DNA from: Hemiscyllium ocellatum
Lineage: Eukaryota
Length of the DNA stretch: 64,000 nucleotides
Direction: 5' to 3'
Assembly: GCF_020745735.1 (NCBI RefSeq)
Contig: NC_083442.1
Location: forward strand, 33,142,072-33,206,071
A program made the position numbers and the translations under genes. Shown here piece by piece: positions 53,807-63,900 of the stretch (positions are counted from its first letter, which is position 1; each line of letters begins with the position of its first letter). The notes under the pieces are model-generated. The model did no database searches and was not told the DNA's origin. It saw only the letters and a program-made list of their open reading frames with translations.

Positions 53807-54525
53807 CATGATTGATGGCGGGACAGACTCGATGGGCTGAATGGGCTACTTTCTGCTCCTATGTCTTATGGTCGGGTCAGGCACAGGTCGGTCAGGCAGG
53901 GGCAGGTGCAGGGACAGGGACCAGCACCAGCAGGGATGGGGGCAGGGGCAGGGACGGGGGCAGGCAGGGGCAGGTCAGGCACAGGTCGGTCAGGCAGGGG
54001 CAGGGACCGGCAGGGATAGGGGCAGGGGCATGATTGATGGCGGGACAGACTCGATGGGCTGAATGGGCTACTTTCTGCTCCTATGTCTTATGGTCGGGGC
54101 AGGGGCAGGGACGGGGACAGGGACAGGTCAGGCAGGGGCAGATCAGGCACAGGTCGGTCAGGCACAGGTCGGTCAGGCAGGGGCAGGGACCGGCAGGGAT
54201 AGGGGCAGGGGCATGATTGATGGCGGGACAGACTCGATGGGCTGAATGGGCTACTTTCTGCTCCTATGTCTTATGGTCGGGGCAGGGACAGGTCGGTCAG
54301 GCAGGGGGCAGGGGCAGGGGCAGGGACAGGGACAGGTCGGTCAGGCAGGGGGCAGGGGCAGGGGCAGGGACAGGGACAGGTCGGTCAGGCAGGGGGCAGG
54401 TGCAGGGACAGGGACCAGCACCAACAGGGATGGGGGCAGGCAGGGACAGGTCAGGCACAGGTCGGTCAGGCAGGGGCGGGGGCAGGGGGCAGGGGCGGGG
54501 GCAGGGGCAGGTCAGGCACAGCCAG
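53807..54525 (+). repeat. Three copies of a CR1 3'-end unit interspersed with a G-rich (GGGGCA/GGGACA/GGTCA) minisatellite
   Basis: An identical unit of about 69 bp, catgattgatggcgggacag...cttatggtcgg, occurs at 53807, 54029 and 54212. Confidence 0.9.
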
Positions 54526-54682
54526 GGGCCGTTGCTAAGTTGCCCCCTCCCCTAAGGTGTTCGAAGCGGGGGGTGATAGCGGCGGGGGCGGGGTCCGAAC
54601 GCCCGGCCTCCCACTGGCGGCGGCGATGTGAGGGGGAAGCGGCTGAAGGAGACCCCTCTCCCCGTCTGCCTCAGTCACTCAC

Positions 54683-54730
54683 CTGGCGCTCCCCTGCCAG
54701 TCCAGGCCGCGCACTCGCCTCTGGCCCCAT
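54683..54730 (-). CDS. TTLL13: TTLL13 putative first exon (possibly coding MGPEASARPGLAGERQ, otherwise 5'UTR)
   Basis: Consensus donor CAG|GTGAGT at 54682 inside the CpG island, next to X-box and CCAAT sites. An acgATGG lies at 54730. Coding status is inferred. Confidence 0.5.
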
Positions 54731-54731
54731 C

Positions 54732-54745
54732 GTCGCCCTGGCAAC
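54732..54745. promoter_or_regulatory. RFX X-box (GTCGCCCTGGCAAC); further X-box-like sites at 54531-54544, 54817-54829 and 55091-55104
   Basis: Matches GTNRCC(N0-3)RGYAAC, the motif typical of ciliary gene promoters. Confidence 0.65.
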
Positions 54746-54760
54746 TAGACGCCACCTCCG

Positions 54761-54956
54761 ATTGGTTCAGGGAATACGCCTTGCTATTGGCCAGCGAGCC
54801 TCCGCAATACCGATTGGTCGCCTAGCGACACCAGTTCGCCTATTATTGGCTGTTAACCGTCGGCCCCTCCTATTGGTTCGGAGTAGAGCCCAGGTGCTCT
54901 GATTGGGTGGTGACCACGCGATTCAATTGGTTGCGATAATCTTTATTTCTGATTGG
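54761..54956. promoter_or_regulatory. Array of 8 co-oriented CCAAT (ATTGG) boxes
   Basis: ATTGG at 54761, 54786, 54813, 54845, 54872, 54902, 54926 and 54952. Confidence 0.75.
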
Positions 54957-55116
54957 TTCCTCCTGGAGATCCTCGTCGTCAATAGTTTTTCTTAAATTCC
55001 AATTTTATTTCGGATTTCTATCACCTGTGATTTTCAGAGTTTCAGTTTTCATTCTCTCTCCGATTAATTTTTGACGGTGAACAGCCTCGAGAAACCATGG
55101 TAACGGACAGTGTCCA

Positions 55117-55139
55117 TGACGTCAGAGCAAGATGGCCGC
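55117..55139 (+). promoter_or_regulatory. CRE palindrome TGACGTCA (55117-55124) and a YY1-like CAAGATGGC overlapping the GDPGP1 start codon
   Basis: Direct motif matches only. Confidence 0.5.
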
Positions 55140-56292
55140 GCCCACGGAGCCGGGTGGAGGCCCGGGCCCGGCCTCGGCCTGGGAGCAGGCCCCGGCCTTT
55201 GTTTACTCGGAGGAAGATCTGATCCGGGCCGGGGTCCGCTGGGGCGGCTCGGGCTCCCGCTTCGACGCGGCTCTGCTCTCGGCCTGGGAGGAGCGGCTGG
55301 CCGCCGGCTGCTTCCGTTACCGCCTGCCGCGCCGGGGCCTCCCGAGCCGCGTCCTGCCGGGGCCCCGGGGCCTGGTGGTGCAGTTGAACCCCGAGCGGGC
55401 CCGCGAGCGGCGGCCGCCGCAGGAGATCCTCAGCCTCCGGCAGCCCTTCGACCCGCAGCGGTTCAACTTCACCCGCATCCCGGGCCGGGAGGTGCTGTTC
55501 CGCCTCCGGAGGCGGGGTCTGGGAGAGGCCGAGGATGAGGCCGAGGCCTTGCTGGTCATCAACGTCAGCCCGTTAGAGTGGGGCCACGTCCTGCTGCTGC
55601 CCGAACCGTCCCGCCGCCTCCCGCAGCTCCTCACCCGGGAGTCGGTGCTCCGGGCCCTGGAGCTTCTCTTCCTGAGCTCGGATCCCGGTTTCCGCGTCGG
55701 CTTCAACAGCCTGGGCGCCGAGGCCTCGGTCAACCACCTCCACCTTCACGGTTACTACCTGGGCCAGCGCCTGGAGCTGGAGTGGGCGGCCACCCGGCCT
55801 CTGCTGGAGTCCGGGACACAGGCCTCGGCCCACTTCCTCCCCGTCCACCTGCTGTCCCAGCACCCGGCCCGCGGCCTGGTCCTCTACACGGACGGCGGTG
55901 ACGGAGGCCTGGCCCGGGCTGCCCTCACCCTCCACGCCCTGACCGGCCTCCTCGTCCGCCGTTCCCTCGCCCACAACCTCTTCCTGACCCGGGGCTGCCC
56001 GCTCGGCTCTCCGGCGCCTGGCCGAGCCTCCTCCCCGGACCGGGACGGCGCCCGGATCGTCCTCTGGCCGCGCCGCAGCTGCTTCGGGGCCAAGGACCCG
56101 GCGGCCTTCACCGTGGCTCTGTGCGAGCTGGCCGGCCACTGGCCCCTCAAAACCCCGCAGGAGTACAGCAGCCTGACCGAGGAGCAGGCGTTGGGAATGG
56201 TCCGCCGATACTCGCTGCCCGAGGAGGAATACTCCCAGCTCCTCTCGGAGATAACACAACTCCTCCAGGGTGACCAACAAGAGCAGCGATAG
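55132..56292 (+). CDS. GDPGP1: GDP-D-glucose phosphorylase 1 (HIT-family, VTC2 homolog), intronless CDS, 386 aa
   Basis: Motifs FDAALLSAW, LNPERARERRPPQ, FDPQRFNF, INVSPLEWGHVLL, GFRVGFNSLG, the HIT motif SVNHLHLHGYY, AHNLFLTRG and ALCELAGH match vertebrate GDPGP1 as I recall it. The start context is aagATGG, and TTLL13 is the neighbouring gene as in mammals. Confidence 0.96.
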   Translation: MAAPTEPGGGPGPASAWEQAPAFVYSEEDLIRAGVRWGGSGSRFDAALLSAWEERLAAGCFRYRLPRRGLPSRVLPGPRGLVVQLNPERARERRPPQEILSLRQPFDPQRFNFTRIPGREVLFRLRRRGLGEAEDEAEALLVINVSPLEWGHVLLLPEPSRRLPQLLTRESVLRALELLFLSSDPGFRVGFNSLGAEASVNHLHLHGYYLGQRLELEWAATRPLLESGTQASAHFLPVHLLSQHPARGLVLYTDGGDGGLARAALTLHALTGLLVRRSLAHNLFLTRGCPLGSPAPGRASSPDRDGARIVLWPRRSCFGAKDPAAFTVALCELAGHWPLKTPQEYSSLTEEQALGMVRRYSLPEEEYSQLLSEITQLLQGDQQEQR

Positions 56293-56750
56293 GCCATTCA
56301 ACCCTTACACCTGCTCCTAACCCCAAAGATCCAGTTAAAGCCTCAACTCTCATTACTCTGTTTTTGTGACAATGACTAAGTACTGATCAGTGATCTTCTG
56401 TCTGAACTGGTGTTCCAGAGACTCAATGTCCTGGGGACATGGATGTGAATCGCACCGCAGCAAATTTACCATTTTAAAGATTTAGGAATAAAAAGGCTAG
56501 ATTACTAACAACCATGCAACTAGGAGAGAGTGAGGACTGCACATGTCAGAGAGTGAGAGTCGAAAAGTGTGATGCCGGAAAAGCAGAGCAGGTCAGGCAC
56601 CATACCAGGAGCAAGAGAGTTGATGTTTCAGGCGTAAGCCCTTCGACGCGCAATCGCTTGATTATTCTAAAAACCCAGCTTATTCCTTCATGCCCTTGAG
56701 GGAGGGAGCCTCTGCCATCTTTACCTCCCCTAGTCTGCACTTGATCCCAG

Positions 56751-56865
56751 GAGAAAGTGAGGACTGCAGATGCTGGAGATCAGTTGCTGGAAAAGCGCAG
56801 CAGGTCAGGCAGCATCCAAGGAGCAGGAGATTCGACGTTTCGGGCATGAGCCCTTCTTCAGCAAT
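56751..56865 (-). mobile_element. PLE family B 3' end with hammerhead core (56830-56865)
   Basis: TSD acttgatcccag (56739-56750 / 56868-56879) and core CUGAAGA-a-GGGC(ucau)GCCC-GAAA-CGUC. A second fragment lies at 56521-56645. Confidence 0.75.
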
Positions 56866-57149
56866 GTACTTGATCCCAGACCCATGCAATGTGCTTAACT
56901 CTTAATTGCCTGTGGAAAAGATGCCCACTTTCTAGGTACAATTTGCACACCATTCAATGCAATAAAACCCAGCTATTAACCCCTGCTATCACATGTATGT
57001 TTTCTCTACTATCGTGAACAATCTCTTTGCCTTTGTTTTATGGCAACTGTTTGATTTTCTGCTTCTCCCCCCTTTATCAGCAGCATATAAAATCCTAAAT
57101 GACTCAAAAGTGAACACTCTCTGTCCACAGAAGTTGGTAGCTACTTCCA

Positions 57150-57530
57150 GTCATAGAGATGTACAGCATTGAAACAGACCCTTTGGTCCAACCTGTCCAT
57201 GCCAACTGGATATCCTAACCCAATCTAATTCCCTTCCTCTGGCAGCGCATTCCATTCACATACCACCTTCTGAGTGAAAATGTTGCCCCATAGGTCTCTT
57301 TTATATCTATGCCCTCTAATTCTGGACTCCCCGACCCCAGGGAAAAGACTTTTCCTATTTACCCTATCCATGCCCCTCATAATTTTGTAAACCTCTATAA
57401 TAATGTCACCCCTCAGCCTCTGATGCTCCAGGGAAAACAGCCCCAGCCTGTTCAGCCTCTCCCTATAGCTCAAATCCTCCAACCCTGGCAACATCCTTGT
57501 AAATCTTTTCTGAACCCTTTCAAGTTTCAC
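57150..57530 (-). mobile_element. CR1 3' fragment; others at about 5760-6350, 19200-19985, 30230-30640, 34860-36460, 36560-37150, 53560-53875, 61950-62540 and 62925-63735
   Basis: LERVQKRFTRMLPGLEDLSYRERLNRLGLFSLE motif. Confidence 0.85.
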
Positions 57531-60371
57531 AGCATCTCCCTTTTAGCATATTCGATAACTCTCTGCCTCCATCACTACAACAAAGAGTTCCACAGATCCT
57601 TAATTGAGGAAAAAATGTTCTAATCTGTGTCTTAAATGGGAGACCCCTTATCTTTAAATTGGATTCTCTGTCTCTGATCTCTCCTTTTAAGGGGGAGGGA
57701 TCATCCCCACAACATCCACCCTGTCAAGTCCCCGGGATCTTGTGTGTTTCAGTAAGATTTGAGAGTCTGAACGACCAACTCGTGATACTTGTTAGAATTC
57801 CTGTTATTCTTCTAAACTTCAGTGGACGTAGGTCCAAACTGACCGCCTAAGATAAGTTGCCTCAAGACAGAAATCACTTCTGAACTGCTAGTCGTGTAAC
57901 AATTTCTTGAGTAAAATGTATTTTATCTACACAGTGTTACCAATGCCTTGGCTGACCATAATGGATTCCAGCATTTCTTGAATTCCTAAATGCTCACTGC
58001 AATTCCTTTGTGCCACAAAGCTAAGCTAAATAGCAAAGCAGATGCTGGATGCTCACGTGTGCATGATATATGTTTAATTTACTTGAGTTCAGGAATTGAA
58101 TCGGCTGCTTAAATGTTTGCCAAGACAGCAGCTCACTGTTAGAGGTTTTGATCTGTGGGGTGACTCCTTTTGAGGAAAGACATGCATTTGGACATCCAGT
58201 GAGAGTTGGCCAACTACCCTACTCTCCCACTAATGAACAGCCTCGCGAAACATTTGAAACCCCTGCTCGAAGTGGTCAGTGAAGCACAGCCAGAAATTGG
58301 GAGATGAATTTGCAGTATAAGTCACAATCTTCAGAGGACAAGGAGGGGAATTCTCTACTTGAGACCCCTCTCTGTGCAATGCCTTTGTCACACTCAAACC
58401 CCACTTCACTATTGAGAAACATTTAGATGCTTTCAGGACTTGGAAAATTCTGATTTTTCATCAAGTGATCAGCATTGGAGTGTGGGAAACAGTGAATGGG
58501 TAAACATTTCCAGTAGCATTGACAGCCACATGTACTGACATTTCTGAAATGTTGATTGAAGATGCCAGTGGGTGAAAAATAGTTTGGAACATCACTGTCT
58601 CTAAGTGAAATTATGATGTACAAACTGAAGACTAGGATTTTCATTAATTGCTTCTGAAAACAATGGTTAATCATTCTTCCTAACTTTTGGAAAACTCAGG
58701 GGAACTTTATGTTGACTTTCTTTTATAAAGATGATTGAACAATTGCATAGTCCATTAAATCATCGATTTCTGTTTGGTGTTTGTTACATAAAGTTCATGT
58801 AATGTGGACATACAAAGATGGATGATTAGAATAAAAATTCCCGCACATTCCTGTGTTCTACGTGAAGATGTTCAAATATGGGCTACATTCCACAGGTGGG
58901 GCCTTTAAACAAAGACATTTCTATGGACCCTTCTGCCACACTGGAACATTTTGAAGTATTTTACTGCCAATTAAATATTTTTAAAATGTGTGGGTATTGT
59001 TATAATGTTTGAAACACAGCTGCTGATTTGTGCACAAAGTGCCCAGAAACAACCAGATCATCTGTGTTTGTGATGTTCGGGCATTAAATACGGTCATGGT
59101 TCCTCGGGTCAGCTTCTCTGCTTTTGTTCTAGGAGTGGCTGCAGATACTTACATTTGCCTAAGAACAGACAGAGCTTTGATTTAAACTGTAATTAAAAAG
59201 GCCAAGGAGTATGCACAAACTTTAAGGGAAACTGGATAATTACTTGAAAAATGCTTTATCAAAATATAGGGAATAGGTTGGATGGGTACCACCAATTGCA
59301 CTTTTATGTATGTTATATAATTTTCATGAATTGGTGCCTGTACTTATTGCAATGTCTTATTAAATATAATTTATAAAAGCAAGTGAATCATATTTACTCA
59401 ATATTATGAGGCACATTACAAGAACATGGTGTACATCAAGAATTGTAGTTGATCATGACTGAATACAGAAATCAGTGCAGTGGACTATTTACCAAGTGCT
59501 GCTAATTAACTTTATGGTGATACATTTCCAAATAATATATGGACTCCTGTTTAGGAGGCTGAGCAGGCAGCTCGTTACCCTGTCCTCTCCAGAGGCAATT
59601 CTGTTTGTGGAGCTTCAAAGCCTGAAATGTTTGAGTAGAAATCTCCAAGATGTTAGAATTGAAAATGTTTAGACCATCACAGTTGTGGAAGGTTCATGCA
59701 GCATCTGTGAAGAGAAATCAGACTTAACGTCCCAGTCCAGTCACCCACCTGAGCATTAAATCTACTTTCTCATTTCAGATACTGGCACACTCGGTCTGTT
59801 GTAAACTCAGCCATAGAAACATTACATGCGTTAACCTGCAATCAAATGCTTTCTTAGAATTGATGAACTCACTGTTCAAAAGCACATTCTGACCCATTTT
59901 ATTAGTAAAAAAATTCACAGAACTAACCTATATCCATCTGCCTCTATTTTAAAATCCAAGTGCAAAATATGTTCATTATCTACCTTTCATCAATTCAGTA
60001 CTTTTGTGTAACGATTTCTTGAGTGAAGTGTATTTTATCTACAGAGTGTTACCAATGCCTTGGCTGACCATTCATGCATTTATATATTCAAAGTGCTGCA
60101 TTGGATCTGAATTTCCTGTATACAAATAATTGTGGTTTAGGCCAACATTGGCTTGTCTTTCTGAGCTTTTCCCCATTAAAAATCGTGTCCGAATTTCCAA
60201 TTCCTTCTGTTGTTCCAAGCTGGAATAACAGTCGATAAAACGTGGAACTGGGAAAAAAACACAGCTCCATATTCCACGGACTCTGACTTTGCAGCATTCA
60301 CAGTCCTCCCTATTTCCGAGCTGATGGTCTAGTTGGCTCCGTTATAATGTTGTTTCCCTAGAAACGTCGCT

Positions 60372-60969
60372 TTTTTTGTGTGTGTGCAGGTGAGAGACAC
60401 AAAGTGCACAAATCTTTATTTAATTTCCACCACCAGGAAGAAAGAAAAACACCCTGGTGGCCAGTGACAAGCAGTGCCCTTCACATCAAAGGGCAATGCT
60501 GTGTGATCAAACAGCGAAGGGGAGGGCAGGGACTAAATCAAAATAGAGTTTTAGATTAGATTAGATTACTTACAGTGCGGAAACAGGCCCTTCGGCCCAA
60601 CAAGTCCACACCGACCCGCCGAAGCGCAACCCACCCATACCCCCACACTTACCCCTTACCTAACACTATGGGCAATTTAGCATGGCCAATTCACCTGACC
60701 TGCACATCTTTGGACTGTGGGAGGAAACCGGAGCAAACCCACGCAGACACGGGGAGAACATGCAAACTCCACACAGTCAGTCGCCTGAGTTAGAGGGGGA
60801 AATGATGCACTCCACTCCCTGCGGCGCCCACCTCTCCCTGAACAACTCCAGGGTGTTGGTGGACACCGTGTGCTCCTTCTCCAAGGACACCCGGGCTCTA
60901 ACGTAACCGCGGAAGACGGGCAGGCAGTCGGCCCGCTGCCTGGACCTGTTCATGGTCAGTTTGGCCAGG
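60372..60969 (-). mobile_element. Tx1/L1-clade LINE 3' end
   Basis: The minus strand translates to LAKLTMNRSR..CLPVFRGYVRARVSLEKEH..LELFRERWAP. Poly-A-like tail and TSD aacgtcgct (60363-60371 / 60970-60978). Confidence 0.7.
60551..60786 (-). mobile_element. HE1-type V-SINE, 5'-truncated, inserted into the Tx1 remnant
   Basis: Same body and tail as the 14.9-kb copy; gagtt duplication at the flanks. Confidence 0.85.
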
Positions 60970-63900
60970 AACGTCGCTATTTTAATTGTCTTATTCCTAT
61001 TGAGATGTGTAACTTTCTAAACAACAATCTTTTAGCCTCCCCCCCCCCGTGGGGTTGAGAAACATGTGAACCAGGAGCAGATTCGATGGCCCGAGTGGTC
61101 TCTTGTGGAACTGCAACAGCAGGCGGCTCTGCGGAGCCCCTTTCTGGAACCTCTCCCCAACTTCCGCGTTAAGTTGTTCTCAGGTCAGTAAAGTTTTGAA
61201 ACTCGGTTCTGTTTTTAAATGTTGGACTTTACTTTCCCTTTGGAGTAATCCTAGTTTCCTCCCGCTCCTATCCCTCTCTCTGTGTGGCTCCGAGCCGCTG
61301 CTTCCCAGCCCCGGGACTCCCTCTGAGAAGGAACGGCCCCTCCTGCTTTCCCAGACCGAACGGAACGACGCAGCGCGGGGGGGGGGATCTGAGCAGGTAA
61401 CCCGGCGACTCTGAGCAAAGGAGCAACTTAGAGAGAGAGAGAAGCAAGTCTGAGACTAGTGCTGGAACAGAGTCTTCAAAAGAACAATATTTATTACTTT
61501 GACATTGCTGTAAAGTTTGTTTGGGGGGTTTGGGGAAGGAGAGTTTATTGTGTGGGAGGAGGTTTGGCTGAGAAACCCATAAAGTAGGTGGACATTTGGA
61601 AGTCAGTAGCTGCCCGCTCGCTTCTCCTGATCCATCTGCCCAGCTCCGCATTTTCCAACTGAACCACCTCGGAGGAGTTTGACTCAAGACAGACTGGATT
61701 TTTTCTTTGGGACAGAACACTCTTTCTCAATTTCTCCCCACCTGGTTTCCAATTCCACCCAAAACCTTCCCTCCCTCCCCTCTCCCAATGAGGGAATCTG
61801 TGACCAAGGGAAAGTTGATTCACGGTCTGTTAGTTACACTGGATGTGGTCCAGAGAGGGTTCATAAGGTCAATCCTTGGAAAGAAAGGGTTTGCGTTCTG
61901 AAAGATTGAGTATTCGAGGAATTAGAATGAGTTATTCTGAAATGACTAGACAGGGGAGATACTGAGAAGATGATTCTTCTCACTGCTGTCCTGAGATGGT
62001 GACCCCCAGTTTTAAAATGATGCTCCCTAACTCTGGACTGACCCACACAAGGAAACGTCCTTTCCATGTCTATCTTGTCAAGACTATTCAACCAAGTCAC
62101 CCCTCGTTCTACTAAACTCTTGTGGAAATGAGCCTGGTGTATCCAACTGTTCCTCGTGAGAAAACCTAGTGATTTCAGGTATCAATCTTGTATACCTTCC
62201 CTAATATATTGACATCGCTAGATAAGGAGACAGAACTGCAACCAGTTTTGAAGATATGGTCTCACTAATGTCCTGTATAACTGGAGCAATATTATTCTTA
62301 CTTTTATGTTCAATTCCTCTTGTATTAGAAAACAATATCCTTGATACATGTTGTATTGGTTCATTCACCTTTTGTGACTCATATACCATAACCTCTAAAT
62401 CTCTCTGCATTTCTCAGTTCTGCATTGTCTGTTTAAGTAATATTCTGCTTTTGACAGAAGGATGAACATTTTCTCCTTTCCCCACCTTATACTCTCTGCC
62501 TGTCAGATTTTTACACATTCACTCAACCTGTCTATATCCACCTGCAATGAAAACATTAAGGTCTAGGCTACCTTCTTAAATATTTTGAGGCTTCTGGCCT
62601 GGTCCATAACAATAGTGATTGTCTTTTTTTATTATTTTCAGCACTGATGACATGCAGTTGTTTGTCTGTAATGGTCTTTCTTTGATTCAATGCTGGGTCT
62701 TCTTAGAATGATTCATTTTCAGCTTTCTTGGTTCTTACGCTGCTTTCCTACACAGAGAGAGAAATGCTTTTAGGTTATAGGGTCTCACATTTTCTCTCTC
62801 ACTGCCCTTCTAACACTGTAGCTCTGCCAATCAAAGAGCTATTGTCTGGTAGAATTTTCTTAATTGAGTAGATTGTCAGTGCCACTCAGTCTTGAATCTT
62901 CCCCCTCGGCTCCAAAAAGCAACAGTGAGATCCTTTTTCCTCAGATGGTGATAGCTAGCACAAGGGGGCATAGCTTTAAATTGAGGGGTGATCTATATGG
63001 GACAGATGTCAGAGGTAGGCTCTTTACTCAGAGTAATAGGGGTGTGGAATGCACTGCCTGCAATGGTGGTAGACTCACCAATCTTAAGGGCATTTAAATA
63101 GTCATTGGATAAACATATGGATGAAAATGGAATAGTGTAGGATGGATTGGCTTCAGAATGGTTCCATAGGTCAGCACACCATTGAGGGTGAAGGGCCTGT
63201 ACTGCACTGTAATGTTCTATGTCTATGTCTAACTTCCTTATGTTTTCACAATATACCTTCCGACCTCTCTAGACTACCTGGAATGGACAGGTTGTCTTAT
63301 GAGGAAAGTTTGGTCATGCTGGACTTGTATCCATTGGCGATTAGAAGAATAAGAGGCACTTTGACTGAAACATACAAGATCATTTATATAAAGAGACTTA
63401 ACAGGGTAGATATAGAATGAACGTCTCTAATGAGAAAATCTAGAGCTTTAAGCAACTGTTTAAAAATACAGTGTCAGAGTCAGAGATGAGGTACTTTTTT
63501 TCCCCCTCTGACAGTCATGAGTCGCTGGCACATTCTTCCTCAGAAAATTGCATAACTAGAATCTTTTTGATACTTTTAAAATAGAGGTGGATAGATTTTT
63601 GAGTAGTAACAGGATGAAAGGTGGTTATCGGGGTAGGTGGATATGTGGATAATCAAATCAGCCATGCTGTTATTGAAGGTGAAGTAGGTTAAAGGGGCCA
63701 AGTGGCCAACTCATAACTTGTACGTTTTTCTTAACATTCGTTAATTAAGAAAAGTCAAGAAGACTCAAGCCTGAGTCTTTCAGGGAATAGGATTTAGAAC
63801 ACAGGCTCAATATTAATATCATAATATTTTGACAATGTCATTAGTGAAAAGGAAACATGGGAGTTGAAAATGAAATTATTGTCATAGTATTTGTGAATCC

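Larger units (their letters stand above)
265..54730 (-). other. TTLL13: TTLL13 gene span (multi-exon tubulin polyglutamylase; 3' end unresolved at the window edge)
   Basis: The exons listed below splice in frame with GT-AG boundaries. The TTL core is intact. C-terminal motifs RQQLEEIRLK and KPLDIVEEEELQRLSGLLQRENLLRALGVIEQ fit TTLL13 better than TTLL6, and GDPGP1 is adjacent. Confidence 0.87.
54500..56300. promoter_or_regulatory. CpG island / bidirectional promoter shared by TTLL13 and GDPGP1
   Basis: Abrupt GC and CpG enrichment in an AT-rich background, GC boxes (ggggcgggg), and divergent gene starts about 400 bp apart. Confidence 0.85.

Noticed and set aside
53812-54902. Gly/Gln/Arg-rich ORFs
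   Set aside because: Translations of the G-rich tandem repeat.
54761-54956. CRISPR-like periodicity of a short repeat with unique spacers
   Set aside because: The repeat is only 5-6 bp, the context is eukaryotic and there are no cas genes; it is a CCAAT-box array.
55317-56353. Long antisense and alternative-frame ORFs over GDPGP1 (including the 242-aa minus-strand ORF)
   Set aside because: These are expected shadow ORFs of a very GC-rich CDS and have no recognisable motifs.
7472-56865. Idea that hammerheads on the TTLL13 sense strand are selectively inactivated
   Set aside because: Two of the best-preserved cores (7472 and 9728) are on the sense strand.
58200-60300. Short ORF-like stretches downstream of GDPGP1
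   Set aside because: No recognisable protein similarity or consistent splice structure.
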